This document shows, piece after piece, positions 45,910 to 57,032 of a stretch of DNA of 64,000 nt; position 1 is the first letter of the stretch; each line of letters starts with the position of its first letter. Source of the stretch: Diplonema japonicum (lineage: Eukaryota; Protista; Euglenozoa: Diplonemea); NCBI GenBank assembly GCA_964019335.1, contig OZ025670.1, forward strand, positions 1 to 64,000, given 5' to 3'. Under the pieces are notes generated by a model. That model was not told the DNA's origin, ran no database searches, and worked only from the letters and a program-made list of their open reading frames with translations. A program made the position numbers and the translations under genes.

Positions 45910-47845
45910 ATGACAAGCGAAGAGGAATGTGCCCCTCTGACGCTTCAAGGGAGTGATGTGAAAAAACTCGTCTCCCGGGTATGTAACAGAAAGGAAGGGA
46001 CATTCACAGCTGTACGCGCCTGACACACTACTGAACAAGACGGTGGAGGAGAAGGAGAGGAAAGCAAGAGAGTCTCGGAAGCAATTCTCGCTTGAGAACG
46101 ATCCTCACCTGCGGAACTATTGGTCAAGGAAAAAACTGCTGAGCCGGCAAGCACGGAGGAACAATAATAGCATAGTTAAGAGGCTGCCTCCTTTGGACTA
46201 CCGCAGCAAAGACAGCACAATCAGCACCCCATCTCCATGCACAAGCCGGGCGGAGAGCCACGTATCCGCCAAAGGTGACTCTACTGTGCTCAGGAAGAAA
46301 GATCTTACTGCAATATCGATTCTAGTTAACCCACCTGTGCATTTTCAAGCGATGGTGCACAGGTTGCACATGGACCCAAGTTCATATGACTTGAAATGGA
46401 TGCTCGCTACACTGCCAGAGCATGCGAACGGGCTCCCCCTCCTCACACTGGACGATGTACCCACTGCAGTTGGTGATATCGAAGTGTGGCAGCAGAAGCA
46501 GAAGGCATACCTCAAATACAAATACGGGGCCAGCGAGAAGCAAAGGAGAATAGAACCAAACACCCCAGGTGAGAAAAGCCCCAAAAGTGAAGCGCCTAAG
46601 AACCGTGACATGCCTGGGAGGGTTCTCATCACGAGTCCAAGGTCGGCCTTGTGCTGTCTCAAGGCAGGGATAGAACCCGCGTCACTGATGCCAAAAAACT
46701 TGCAGCATTTTCAGAAAGAGGTAGACCTCGAAGGTGCACCTGTACATGCTGCTAAAAGAAGATATCAACACTTTGAGACTGACCGTCAAGGACAACTCAA
46801 CCAGCTGCGGGAGGCCTATCACAGAGTGTGCAGCTGTGTGTCTATGAAGCAGTTTGTCCATTTAGTGCAGAGGTTCAATCCCGAGACGAACTACGACTCG
46901 GCACTACAAGATGACCTGAAGGACATCTCATCCATACCTGTTGTAGAGCATGATGTGGAAAACCATGCAGGCCCAGCGTCCCCCACCGAAGGGGACAGCT
47001 ACAATTATGTGCAGATTTTCCGTGACATCGACACCGATGACAAAAAGTACCTTACACAGGATGAGATCCGCAAAGCAGACCTCTCTGTAAACGCGAAGGA
47101 TCTCTTCTGCAAGATGGAAGGGTATGACATAACACTGCGAGACACCATCAAGGGATATATCGCTGCAGCAATTCTTGCAGGTAATGCACGGCGGGCAGCA
47201 GGGAAGTAATCTCAGGACATGCGAGACAATAAGCAAGGAAGAAAGGCTGCGTGACAAATGCAAAATGACACTAGACAAAGCAAAGCAGAAGCTACAAGGC
47301 CACCTTGTGAGGAATATTTTACTGAAGCGCAAAACAAAGAAGGAGTGGGAGGACAGGCAGGACAAGGTATGCATGTTGCAAAGCGCATGATACAGATGAC
47401 GGAACGGCTACAGCGGTACGCTGAGGAGAAGGATCGTGCAGGAAAGGCGAGAAAGGATATGGCACGGAAGAAAGCTGAGAACTGCAGAGAAGTGTTGATG
47501 GAGAGCAGGGCGCTAGCCGAGAGCAGAAGGATGGAGCTCATTAAGAGGCAAGAAGACGCTGACGATAGGCGTAACGAAGTTATCCAGCAGCGGAAGTACC
47601 TACGGGAAGTGAGCAGAGAGGACGCAAAGCTGCGGGTAAAAAGCAAGCTTGATGGCATCGCAAGGCAGCGAAACGTTGACGAGTGGTCAAAGCTGTGCAT
47701 CCTGGATAGGATTCGGAGACGGCATGACAAGGCTAACTACACAGAAACATGCCTCAGCAATGTACTGAACGAAACGAAATACGCAAGAGAAGAAATGCTC
47801 CGGGAGAACGAGATGATGTTAAAAGTCTTGCAAACAGAAGACTAA
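45910..47845 (+). CDS. Hypothetical EF-hand plus coiled-coil protein, ~614 aa, 4 exons
   Basis: Introns 45979-46009, 47122-47152 and 47367-47395 give one frame. EF-like DTDDKKYLTQDE and GDISLQQFLQVM; TSPRSALCCLKAGIEPASLMPK motif. Confidence 0.8.
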
Positions 47846-48362
47846 CCGACGCTTCTTCTGAAGCAGTTGTTTAAACTTCCTTTTTACTAATCTACCATCT
47901 GGCCCTCTGGCCTGTGAAAGGCTTCTCCTGACATGTACGGCCATTGGTTGTTGTGCTTTCTTTTCTCTCTTCATACTCCGAAATACCTCGCTGTAGAAAT
48001 ATAAATGTAGGACAATGCAATGCTTAGCGAAGGAGTGCGTGCTTGTGACAGCTGCGATCTGAAGAACAGATGATCTCCTTCACAGTGCTCCCTTACCCCT
48101 AGTATAGTTACACCACTGCTTGATGTACAAGGCAGCTTACGGTTCATCTTTTGATGTGTTAGCATTTCGACAACATTAGCACCCTTTGCGTGGCAGTGCG
48201 CGATTAAGATCCCATATGGACACGAGACAGCCAACTTTTCCAAGTCTTACCTAACGGACGGTGTGGCGACAGGGTGAACACCACTTTTTCTTCTTTTTTT
48301 CCCCTTTATTTTTATTTTTGTCCTTTTCTCCGACTCACCTTGTCCTAGGAGGGTGGGATATT

Positions 48363-48733
48363 ATGACGGCTACGAAGAGAGGGGCCGCCCCTGATCTGAC
48401 ACCGATTCTTCAGGTGCAGACAGGAGGAGCTAGCCCCTTTCCCCCTTCACGGCGGCGGATAACATGGGACGAGAACAACTTGGTGTGTAGAGTGATGCAA
48501 GAAATACCATTGAACACAATCAACAGGAAACGAATGAAAAGATGCTTTGCTCGTCTCTTATCAAAATCAAGCTTGTTGACCTACCACCGCCCCCTGCACG
48601 TATGGAACACGACGACGAGATCTCTGAGGACCTCTCTGGTGACGACTCTCTGATGACTGAAGGCACACACTGCCTGCTGTTGCCTGCCTCTCCTCCTACT
48701 ACTAGGAAAAAACGGAGGGTCGCCCAAGACTGA
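48363..48733 (+). CDS. Small PP1-interacting protein, inhibitor-2-like, 108 aa
   Basis: PILQ (SILK-like), RRRITWDENNL (RVxF-like; cf. KWDEMNI), acidic tail. Intron 48483-48526. Confidence 0.6.
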
Positions 48734-49707
48734 CTCAGATATTTTTCTTTCCCCCCTATTTTTTTTTTTTTTTTTTTTTTTATTTCACCCTAGCCTACGA
48801 TATATAAAACAGCAAAAGAAGAAAAAAAAAAAAAGAAAAGAAGAGAAGAGAAAGTTAAAATAGTAATAACAACACGTGTGGGGGGAGGGGGGTGGGGGGT
48901 GACACACACCTTTATAACCTCACCCCCCTTGAAGTTTCCAACCTGAATCAGAAAAAAAAAATGGGGGGGAAAGGGGTATATTACCCATTTCTTAGATTCC
49001 CAACTTCCGTGCCCACGTACTTCTTTGGCAAACTCTTGACCTCGATCAGGGTTTAGTTTTTGAACACAACATGAGGAGGGGATAAAAAAGAGAAACAGAG
49101 ATATCCAATAGGCGATCACAGTGCCTTGTTTTTACGGCAGCACTGTGTGTCTCTGCTCAATTTTCTTTTTTCCCCCAACTCAGAAAATGCTATCTCAGTA
49201 GCACATGTAACAGGGGAGGGTTTTTTTTTTTTGGTATTGAGGAAACATGAAAAGGAAGAGAGAGAAAAAAAAAAGAAGAATAAAAGGGAGCTCATTCCCG
49301 CCTGTCTGTGCGTTCCTAAGAAACTCATCATATCTTTCCTTCTTCCTCCCAATTCATTTTTTTCCCCTTTCTTTTTTCATTCTTTCCCTTTCCTAGCAAA
49401 GATGGGTGGAGGGGGAAGAGGAAAAAAAAAGAGGAATTCTTTTTTTTCCCTCAAAAGATAGACCCCTACCACCACCCCTGCGTAGTCCTCATGTGGGACT
49501 TGCCCCTTAAAAAAAAACATCGCCATTTTAAACACGTATCTACTCACCCCCTTTTTTTTGTTCCTTTTTCTGTTTGGTTCTTTTTTTTTTTTTGGTGGAT
49601 CGTTGCCCTGAGACAAACCGCCTTACTTAAAATATTCACGCCTCCCCTTTTTGTTTTGGTTCCCCCCTCTTTTTTTTTAAAATACCAAACGACACCAGGG
49701 AAACAAG

Positions 49708-52700
49708 ATGCCGGGGCAAGCAAGCGAGGACGAAGGGGATGGGATGAAGAACTATCATATTCTGGAACTGATCGGTGAAGGAGGCTTTGGGAAGGTCTAC
49801 AAAGCCAGGCGAAAGTTCACGGGGCACATTGTCGCGATGAAGTTCATCTCAAAGAAGGGGAAGAGCGAGAAGGAGCTGCGGAACCTGAGAGCGGAGATAG
49901 AAATCATGACAACATTGAACCACGAGAACATTATCATGCTTCTTGACGCGTTCGAGACAAAGACAGAGTTCGTAGTAGTGATGGAGTACGCACAAGGCGA
50001 GCTGTACGAGATCTTAGAAGACGACCGGTGCTTACCGGAGAAAATTGTACAAAAAATCGCAAAGCAGCTCGCAAAGGCGCTAAACTACCTCCACTCCAAC
50101 AGGATCATCCACAGGGACATGAAGCCCCAAAACATCCTCATCGGCCGGAACGGTACTGTTAAACTCTGCGACTTCGGCTTCGCCCGTGCAATGTCTTGCA
50201 ACACCATGGTCCTCACTTCTATTAAAGGCACACCTCTCTACATGGCGCCCGAGCTGGTCCAAGAGCAACCCTACAACCACACCGCCGATCTTTGGTCACT
50301 GGGATGCATTCTCTACGAGCTCTTCTACGGCGTCCCTCCCTTCTACACCAACAATATATACAGCCTTATCCACCTCATCGTGAAGGACCCTGTCAAGTTT
50401 CCAGACCAGATCTCGCCATGCTTCCGCTCTTTCCTCAAGGGTCTCCTCAACAAGCACCCCTCCTCTCGCCTCGACTGGCCGCACATCCTCGAGCATGAGT
50501 TTGTGAAAGAAACGGAGGACGACCGGCAGCTGAGCATCCAACGAGCAGAACTCGACGCCAAGATGCGCGAGCGTCTTGGCATCTTCACCTTGTTGCTCGG
50601 CAAGGGCGCTTCCCCCAAACAGCGGAACACAGCTGCTGCTGCGCCGCACAAACCCGGCGGGGCCGTCGAGTCCCGTCAGTTCACGCAGCAGGTCCAGATG
50701 GTGCTGAACCAGCAAGCCGTGGCCTTGATCTCTCCCGACAACAAAGATGTGGACTCTCTGAAGGATTCTTTGCAGACGATTCTCAGGCTTCTCCAACAGG
50801 CTGGCAACACGCCCTTCCAGTCACATTCGATGTTCGAGACCATCACCACGGTGGGCCTGCTTCCAAACCTAGCGCAAGCCCTCAGTCACCCCAACACCGA
50901 CATCGTCTCCACGGTGGTCAAAGTTCTGAAAGAACTCACGCATCCAGAGTCTGGGCCCGTTCTGCCCTTCCCTAGCACAGAGCAGAACAAAGGATTCTCG
51001 TGGGCAACCAAAGACCCTCATGACACCGCTACCCGTATCTTCTTAGCACAGCACTTGGTCAAAGCGCCCTGTCAGAAGAGTGTTGCGGTGCTTGCGATGC
51101 TCCTCAAGAACGACAAAGAGTGGGCGGACGTCCTGAAGATTGTCTACCAGCTATCGCAGACCACCTCCTTCTCGAACTTCCTCTTCACCGACAAAGTCTG
51201 TGCGGCTTCGTTAGTAACTTGCTGTGAGAAGGTCATAAGCACATGGCCTGCGAACAGAAGTGACGAGCCCCCTGCAACATCTCTCTTGTTTTGCTTGTTC
51301 CTCAACAACATGATCACCACCTCTTCCACCCATGCCAACGAGGTCTTTGGGGATAAAATAGCAGCCATCGCAAGCCTCATGTTGGAGGTCATCACCAATA
51401 CGGACCAGAAGTCCCCCGGCACAGGATTGCTGACCGCGAAGTGTTTTGCGGCAGGTTTGCTGGCCGCTGTCCTGAAGAACTTGCCTGCTGCCTGCAAGAC
51501 TGCGATGCCCACGTTAACAGCGTCAGGGGTGGCCAACTGCATCACCTTCTTTGAAGCAATCAGGAACGTCGACACCAGCGACTGCCGTGTGGACGGAACG
51601 GGCTATGGGTTCCCCAACGTGGGGCTCATGGATGGCGTCCTAGCCCTGATCCACGCCATCCTGTGTGCCACTCCCACGGAAATGACATCGAAGAGCACGG
51701 AGGCCGCCCTCAAGTCACTCGTCAAGTTCCTCCAGAGCCCCGAAGCCCGTGGTGCCACATCGCCCGCAGGTGTCGAGAGCGTACTGAACATCATCCTCAG
51801 CTCGTGCACGGTGCATCCCCCACTGCTGGCCAACGTTGACCTTCTCAAAGTAACCATTAGCTACCTGAAGTCCGCATATTTGTCGCAATTAGTACGATGG
51901 CCCTCCAAACGGGGTGGAGGGGTGCAGGCCACGCATAGAGTCGTCAAGCTGTGCATACAGATCCTTGCCCTGCCCCTGACAGCGTCTACAAGCAGCGGCA
52001 CTGCCCTTGATGAGAAGTCCGTAACTGCTGTGCAGCAGACAATGTACAGGGAGAGTTTAGTGGAGCACGCGCTGGCGGTGTTGGATATACTGCCTGAGAA
52101 TGATGAGGCGTGGCAGCAGCCGATGTCGCTGCTGTGTAAGCTGGTGTTGGGGTCGCAGCACTTTGCGAAGCAGTATCTAACGTCGGGTGGGTTGTCCAAT
52201 GAGCGCATCCACAAGTTACTCAACCCCTCGAACCCCGAGCAGCTCCTCATCGACACCCTGAACATCGTGTCACAGCTGGCCAGGCTGAACCAAGAGAACT
52301 ATGGGGCGATCCACAAAGCAGATCTCTACCGCGTGTTGTCGGAGCTGATCAAGCACAGCGACGCGAATGTAAGAGCCAAAGTGTGCAATCTACTGGGGAA
52401 TCTGTGTAGGCATTCGAATGCCTTTTACGAGCACCTGAGGAAGCACGGCCTTATCGAAGAGATCATCAAGAAATGCAAGGACCCGAACGTGAGCGTCAGG
52501 AAGTTCGCATGCTTTGCGGTAGGCAATGCAGGCTTTCACAACGATGCTTTGTACGGTGAGCTGCGGGCATCCATCCCTGCCTTGATCCTGTTGCTGTCGG
52601 ACGCGGAGGAGAAGACAAGAGCGAATGCTTCGGGCGCGCTGGGGAATCTACTCAGGAATAGTGGCATGCTTGCACAAGACCTCATAAAGGAAGGTGCAAT

Positions 52701-52983
52701 GCAGGCTTTAATAAACACCCTTAAAACAGACAATGGGAGTGCCCGAAAGATTGCCCTATTCTCATTAGGCAACTTCTGTGCTTTTGAAGAATGTCGGCAA
52801 GTCCTAGTAGCAGAATCCTTCGAGGATGTTATCACTGATCTTGAATCGGTTCTTATTGATGGGACACCCGACCCAGTAGTTAGGAAGTACATCAACCGCA
52901 TTAAAGGGAAGCTTCGACCACGTTCCAACGACTCCAACAAGTCGAACAGGAGCAGTGATAAGGATGGCGAGACAGGGAAATGA
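49708..52983 (+). CDS. STK36: Fused/STK36 Ser/Thr kinase with C-terminal ARM/HEAT repeats
   Basis: [67 protein letters not shown]; C-terminal [34 protein letters not shown]. Start may be 49744. Confidence 0.93.
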   Translation: MPGQASEDEGDGMKNYHILELIGEGGFGKVYKARRKFTGHIVAMKFISKKGKSEKELRNLRAEIEIMTTLNHENIIMLLDAFETKTEFVVVMEYAQGELYEILEDDRCLPEKIVQKIAKQLAKALNYLHSNRIIHRDMKPQNILIGRNGTVKLCDFGFARAMSCNTMVLTSIKGTPLYMAPELVQEQPYNHTADLWSLGCILYELFYGVPPFYTNNIYSLIHLIVKDPVKFPDQISPCFRSFLKGLLNKHPSSRLDWPHILEHEFVKETEDDRQLSIQRAELDAKMRERLGIFTLLLGKGASPKQRNTAAAAPHKPGGAVESRQFTQQVQMVLNQQAVALISPDNKDVDSLKDSLQTILRLLQQAGNTPFQSHSMFETITTVGLLPNLAQALSHPNTDIVSTVVKVLKELTHPESGPVLPFPSTEQNKGFSWATKDPHDTATRIFLAQHLVKAPCQKSVAVLAMLLKNDKEWADVLKIVYQLSQTTSFSNFLFTDKVCAASLVTCCEKVISTWPANRSDEPPATSLLFCLFLNNMITTSSTHANEVFGDKIAAIASLMLEVITNTDQKSPGTGLLTAKCFAAGLLAAVLKNLPAACKTAMPTLTASGVANCITFFEAIRNVDTSDCRVDGTGYGFPNVGLMDGVLALIHAILCATPTEMTSKSTEAALKSLVKFLQSPEARGATSPAGVESVLNIILSSCTVHPPLLANVDLLKVTISYLKSAYLSQLVRWPSKRGGGVQATHRVVKLCIQILALPLTASTSSGTALDEKSVTAVQQTMYRESLVEHALAVLDILPENDEAWQQPMSLLCKLVLGSQHFAKQYLTSGGLSNERIHKLLNPSNPEQLLIDTLNIVSQLARLNQENYGAIHKADLYRVLSELIKHSDANVRAKVCNLLGNLCRHSNAFYEHLRKHGLIEEIIKKCKDPNVSVRKFACFAVGNAGFHNDALYGELRASIPALILLLSDAEEKTRANASGALGNLLRNSGMLAQDLIKEGAMQALINTLKTDNGSARKIALFSLGNFCAFEECRQVLVAESFEDVITDLESVLIDGTPDPVVRKYINRIKGKLRPRSNDSNKSNRSSDKDGETGK

Positions 52984-53375
52984 GAGGGTGAGAACAATTT
53001 TTTTTTATGGGGTATTTTTTTTTTTTTTTTTTTTTTCGAGTGTTCTTATAAGTTCTCTGTTTTATAATATTTTTTCTCTTCTTTTTTCTCCGGCTTTATC
53101 CGGTTCAGAAAGTGCCTTTGCTGTGAGAGGATGTTCCCCCATTTTACGGGGCCTACAGGTGCAGGTGGCGTGAATGAATGAACCATCCGAAAGGATGTTT
53201 GATTTTCTTCTTTTTTTTTGTTCAAACTTGAATGAAAGGGGAAGAGCATACGCGACACTGCTGTATTGTTTCGTTTTTCTTTCTCTCTTTTTTTCTTTTT
53301 AAAAGGGTGGAGGGGAGGGGAGATTGTTTGTTCACGGCAGAGCTAACTGTATAAGCTGATAGGAATAGCAGCAGG

Positions 53376-53408
<33 letters not shown>

Positions 53409-53757
53409 ATTATACAAATGCGGGAAAGGATTGGTACCCCCCCCCCCCCCCCCACCCTCATACCAGTGAAGTTCTTTTCATTGTCATCTGTTCCCTCGCC
53501 TCGTCTTAGGTTTTTTGTAGTTAAGGTTTGGATCTCTTAATGCGTACATAAGTTAGATGAACTTCTTTTTTTTTTTCACCTGAGCCCCCCTCCCCCCGCC
53601 CCTTTTTTCCTCAGGGGAAACAAAGAAACTCTTTTTTAACACCTGTACGTCACTTTTTCTTTTTATATTTTTTTTTTTTCCCTCTTGTTATTACTATTTC
53701 TATCTATTTCTCTCTTCACTACCATCACATAGTTGGAAGCAAACCAACAAGAACAAG

Positions 53758-55059
53758 ATGGTGGTGCCGCCACCCACCTCCCCTGGCAGGCGACAGGTGT
53801 CTTACGAGAGGACCGCGCTTAAGGAAAGCTTTACTGTAGGAGGACAAGCACATCTAACGAGCAGCCAAAAGATTGGCAGGTCAGACCCGGTGAAGAAGGG
53901 GAAATGCATCAGGGGTGAGGGACAAGTGACGGAAAAGAAGACAGGGAAACTGATGGTGCAGCCACCCTGTGAGAAGAAAGAGCAGACGCAGGGGAAGGCA
54001 TGTCCACAATACATTTTTTGCAAGCCCGACGAAGAAAGACACTGCAAAGGGAAGAGAACGGTGTCCCCTCCCGTCAGGGCACAAGAGCAGGCGACAAGTG
54101 GCCTTCGCGTGCTTCCGAAGCAGCACGGTCTTAACAACAACCTCACAGTGGCACTACACTCCCCTGTTGCCCTGTCCAAGGCTGTGAAATATATCTCCCC
54201 ATCACCTACATTCACCTCCGTGAAAACTTTCCACGAAGCTTGCTACACGCCACGTCCCTCACCCCCCAGCCCATCGCCCCCAGCTGATACTTTGTCTTTT
54301 CTTAACCCAAGCATCACCGTCACCTGTGCCTGCTACCTTGTCCCCTCAATCTGCACCCACCTCCGCGTGCCGCTGAAACGCACTCCCAAAGACCTCTTGG
54401 AATTGTCCGACCATCTCAAAGGCTTCCTCTTGAATGAGAGAATGCTGGCTCTTAAAAAAGAGCGGGGTGTTAATCTGCTGGACAAGCCACGAATTGTAGA
54501 CGTTGCAAAGGAGGTCAACATGGGACTGGTGCTGTGCCAGAAGGGAGTGGCGTGGGAGGAACTGGTCCATGTTTCTCAGGTGAAGGACGGGACAAGGTTT
54601 TATATCACATCCCCTCACCACCCGCAGGGAGGGAAGGTGCAGCTGCCCCGTGTGGTGGATAGCATGCAGATGAAGAGCTACGTGCGAAGGAAGGGTTACG
54701 ACGTCGAGCGCTTCGACGACGTAGAAACCGGTGCACCTGTTGTGCACAGCACGCCTCTCATTTCCCCCAGACTTCTCCAGGAGATAGAAGCTCTCGACAT
54801 CGAGCCAACACAGAGCCCTAGACACAGCACCAAGACTCTTCCCACTCAACTCACGCTCTCCGAGCTCCTCTGCCACTCTGAAGACCTCGCCCTCGAAACG
54901 CTCCGCGTCCAAAGGAAGATTGACCGTCTCAACGCACGTGTCACACGCGGTAAAACCACACCAGAATCCCAACAAGCACGCAGGATTTCTCTCCTCAACT
55001 ATCTTGACAAACTAGCACAAAGCACAGTAGAAGTGCGCTCACATATAGCATCTTGTTGA
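53758..55059 (+). CDS. Hypothetical protein, 433 aa
   Basis: Long ORF after a pyrimidine tract and AG; no recognised domain. Confidence 0.7.
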   Translation: MVVPPPTSPGRRQVSYERTALKESFTVGGQAHLTSSQKIGRSDPVKKGKCIRGEGQVTEKKTGKLMVQPPCEKKEQTQGKACPQYIFCKPDEERHCKGKRTVSPPVRAQEQATSGLRVLPKQHGLNNNLTVALHSPVALSKAVKYISPSPTFTSVKTFHEACYTPRPSPPSPSPPADTLSFLNPSITVTCACYLVPSICTHLRVPLKRTPKDLLELSDHLKGFLLNERMLALKKERGVNLLDKPRIVDVAKEVNMGLVLCQKGVAWEELVHVSQVKDGTRFYITSPHHPQGGKVQLPRVVDSMQMKSYVRRKGYDVERFDDVETGAPVVHSTPLISPRLLQEIEALDIEPTQSPRHSTKTLPTQLTLSELLCHSEDLALETLRVQRKIDRLNARVTRGKTTPESQQARRISLLNYLDKLAQSTVEVRSHIASC

Positions 55060-55119
55060 TAGACCTGTACTGTTATTAGCCCCAAATCTACACTGTACTT
55101 GAAAGCCTCCAGAAGCAAG

Positions 55120-56961
55120 ATGCACGAGAATAGGCTGCTTGTGGGGATGGAAGTGGAGATTAACAAGCTGCAACGTGGCAGAGTAGCTGAAGATCGTGAG
55201 GACGGCTACGTAGTACTGCTTGATGACGGTTCTGCTGAGTTAGTGCAGGGGGAGAACATGGTGCCCGTTCCTTGCTCGAGCTGTGGTGCTGATTTGTACA
55301 CAATGAGGGAACTGTTGCAAAGAGCAGACCTGGAAAAAGAGCAGCTGACCCAAGACCTGGAACGCGTGAAGGGGGTTGCTGAGGTGCGTGCTACGGAAGC
55401 GGTGGTCTTGCAAGAAGAGCTGCGCAGTGTGCGGGCACAGCTAGCTGAAGCTCAACATGCTGCCAGTTCACGCTTAGCCGAAATGGAGGCAAACCTCCAC
55501 GGGATGGTGGAGGAACAGGTAACACAGGCGCTACTTGAGATGGACGAAAAGGAGGATGATGAAAACGAGAAAAGAGTAACTGAAGCCGAGGAAAAGGCAA
55601 GAAAGGCCGAGATCGAAGTAGCAAGACCTCTCACGAAGTTGAAAGCGTGTGGCGATGCAGCGCATGCTTGTACCTTAGCTGCAAGAAAGGCATACCAGAA
55701 ACTGTGCGAAGCATATGAACAACACAGTTTTTTCGTTGCTGCAGACAACATGCATGGCGGAGCTCTTCCGAGGCTCACTCCCGAATTCGTCCTACTAGTG
55801 CAGAAGAGACGCCTGAGAGCCATTTCCTCACACCTTTCTGAATCGCTCATCCAACTCAATTCAGCTCACGATTGGACGGCACAAACTTGCGAACTCTCAG
55901 GGAGACCGCGGCCAGCGGACTTGCCGCCCCAGCCTTTGCCCCTACCTCCTGTTGTGATTGACCCGGAGCTGATGAAGATGATGAAAGAGGAAGAGGAGAA
56001 CGCTGCAAATGATGAGAAAGCCGCTCAGGAAAAAGAGAAGGAAAACAACCTCCGCTGCACAGCAATGCAGCGGTACATGGGAACTCCCCAGGAGCTGAAG
56101 GTGCTCCCGTACACAGGAAAGACACATCTGATCAGCGTGTGCTTGGACTACAAAGGGTCACGCAGCCCGCTGAACTGCACCGTCGACGGGAATAGGATTG
56201 TGTCCTTGGCAGCTGCATGTGGTGTGAAGGATATCGTGAAGATATATGACGACGGGAGCAGTGAGCTGTGGCCCGATAGGCGGACAGTCGTGGACACCAT
56301 TCGGAAGGTGGGTGCACGCTGTAAACCGGGTGACTTCTTTGTGCTACATTACTCAGGGCATGGCGGGCAGGTGGAGGACTTGGACGGTGATGAGGAGAGT
56401 GGTTTCGACCAGACACTAGTACTGCGCAAGAAGAACGGAGAGACCGAGGACCTCGTAGATGACGACCTGGCACTACTTTTAGCGAAAGCAGCACATCCCA
56501 GTGTAGGGCTTCTTGTTCTGGCAGATGCCTGCCACTCAGGCACCGTGATGGACCTGAGCAAAGATTCACTGTGGGAAGGGAACAGACAGGTGGTGTCCAT
56601 GGCAGGCTGTCAAGACGCGCAATGCAGCCAAGACACAGGTGATGGTGGTGCAATGACAAATGCCTTCCTTAAAGTCATGAAGTCAAAGAACTGTCGCGAC
56701 TTGCGCAGAAAGAGGAGGTGCTCCGTTCAATGGGTTTTCAACAGGATGGTAGAGAGCATTAAGCAGCCACAGAATGTGAACTACAACGACAGTGATGACG
56801 AGGAGTGGCCTGAAGACATTGTGCCCGACCTTGACGATACCTCCGATGTGGACTACGAGGACATCCTCATGTCAGCCATTTATGGTATTGACCCAGGGCA
56901 GGACATGACACTCAGCTGGTGTGCAGGATGTGACCCAACAACAGTCTGCTTTCCTTTCTAA
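55120..56961 (+). CDS. Metacaspase (peptidase C14) with a long N-terminal coiled-coil extension, ~613 aa
   Basis: Catalytic HYSGHG and DACHSG; DLDGDEESGFDQ; AGCQDAQCSQD, GGAMT. Confidence 0.9.
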   Translation: MHENRLLVGMEVEINKLQRGRVAEDREDGYVVLLDDGSAELVQGENMVPVPCSSCGADLYTMRELLQRADLEKEQLTQDLERVKGVAEVRATEAVVLQEELRSVRAQLAEAQHAASSRLAEMEANLHGMVEEQVTQALLEMDEKEDDENEKRVTEAEEKARKAEIEVARPLTKLKACGDAAHACTLAARKAYQKLCEAYEQHSFFVAADNMHGGALPRLTPEFVLLVQKRRLRAISSHLSESLIQLNSAHDWTAQTCELSGRPRPADLPPQPLPLPPVVIDPELMKMMKEEEENAANDEKAAQEKEKENNLRCTAMQRYMGTPQELKVLPYTGKTHLISVCLDYKGSRSPLNCTVDGNRIVSLAAACGVKDIVKIYDDGSSELWPDRRTVVDTIRKVGARCKPGDFFVLHYSGHGGQVEDLDGDEESGFDQTLVLRKKNGETEDLVDDDLALLLAKAAHPSVGLLVLADACHSGTVMDLSKDSLWEGNRQVVSMAGCQDAQCSQDTGDGGAMTNAFLKVMKSKNCRDLRRKRRCSVQWVFNRMVESIKQPQNVNYNDSDDEEWPEDIVPDLDDTSDVDYEDILMSAIYGIDPGQDMTLSWCAGCDPTTVCFPF

Positions 56962-57032
56962 CCTGTATTTTTTGTACACTGTACTTTTATTTTTCTTAGT
57001 GATAACAGCAAATACCCCCCTACAGTATCATC

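Noticed and set aside
8053-48733. Pseudogenes, programmed frameshifts, stop-codon reassignment or non-canonical introns to explain broken ORFs
   Set aside because: Every break is repaired by a 29-48-nt GT-AG intron that restores frame and conserved motifs; TAA, TAG and TGA all serve as normal stops.
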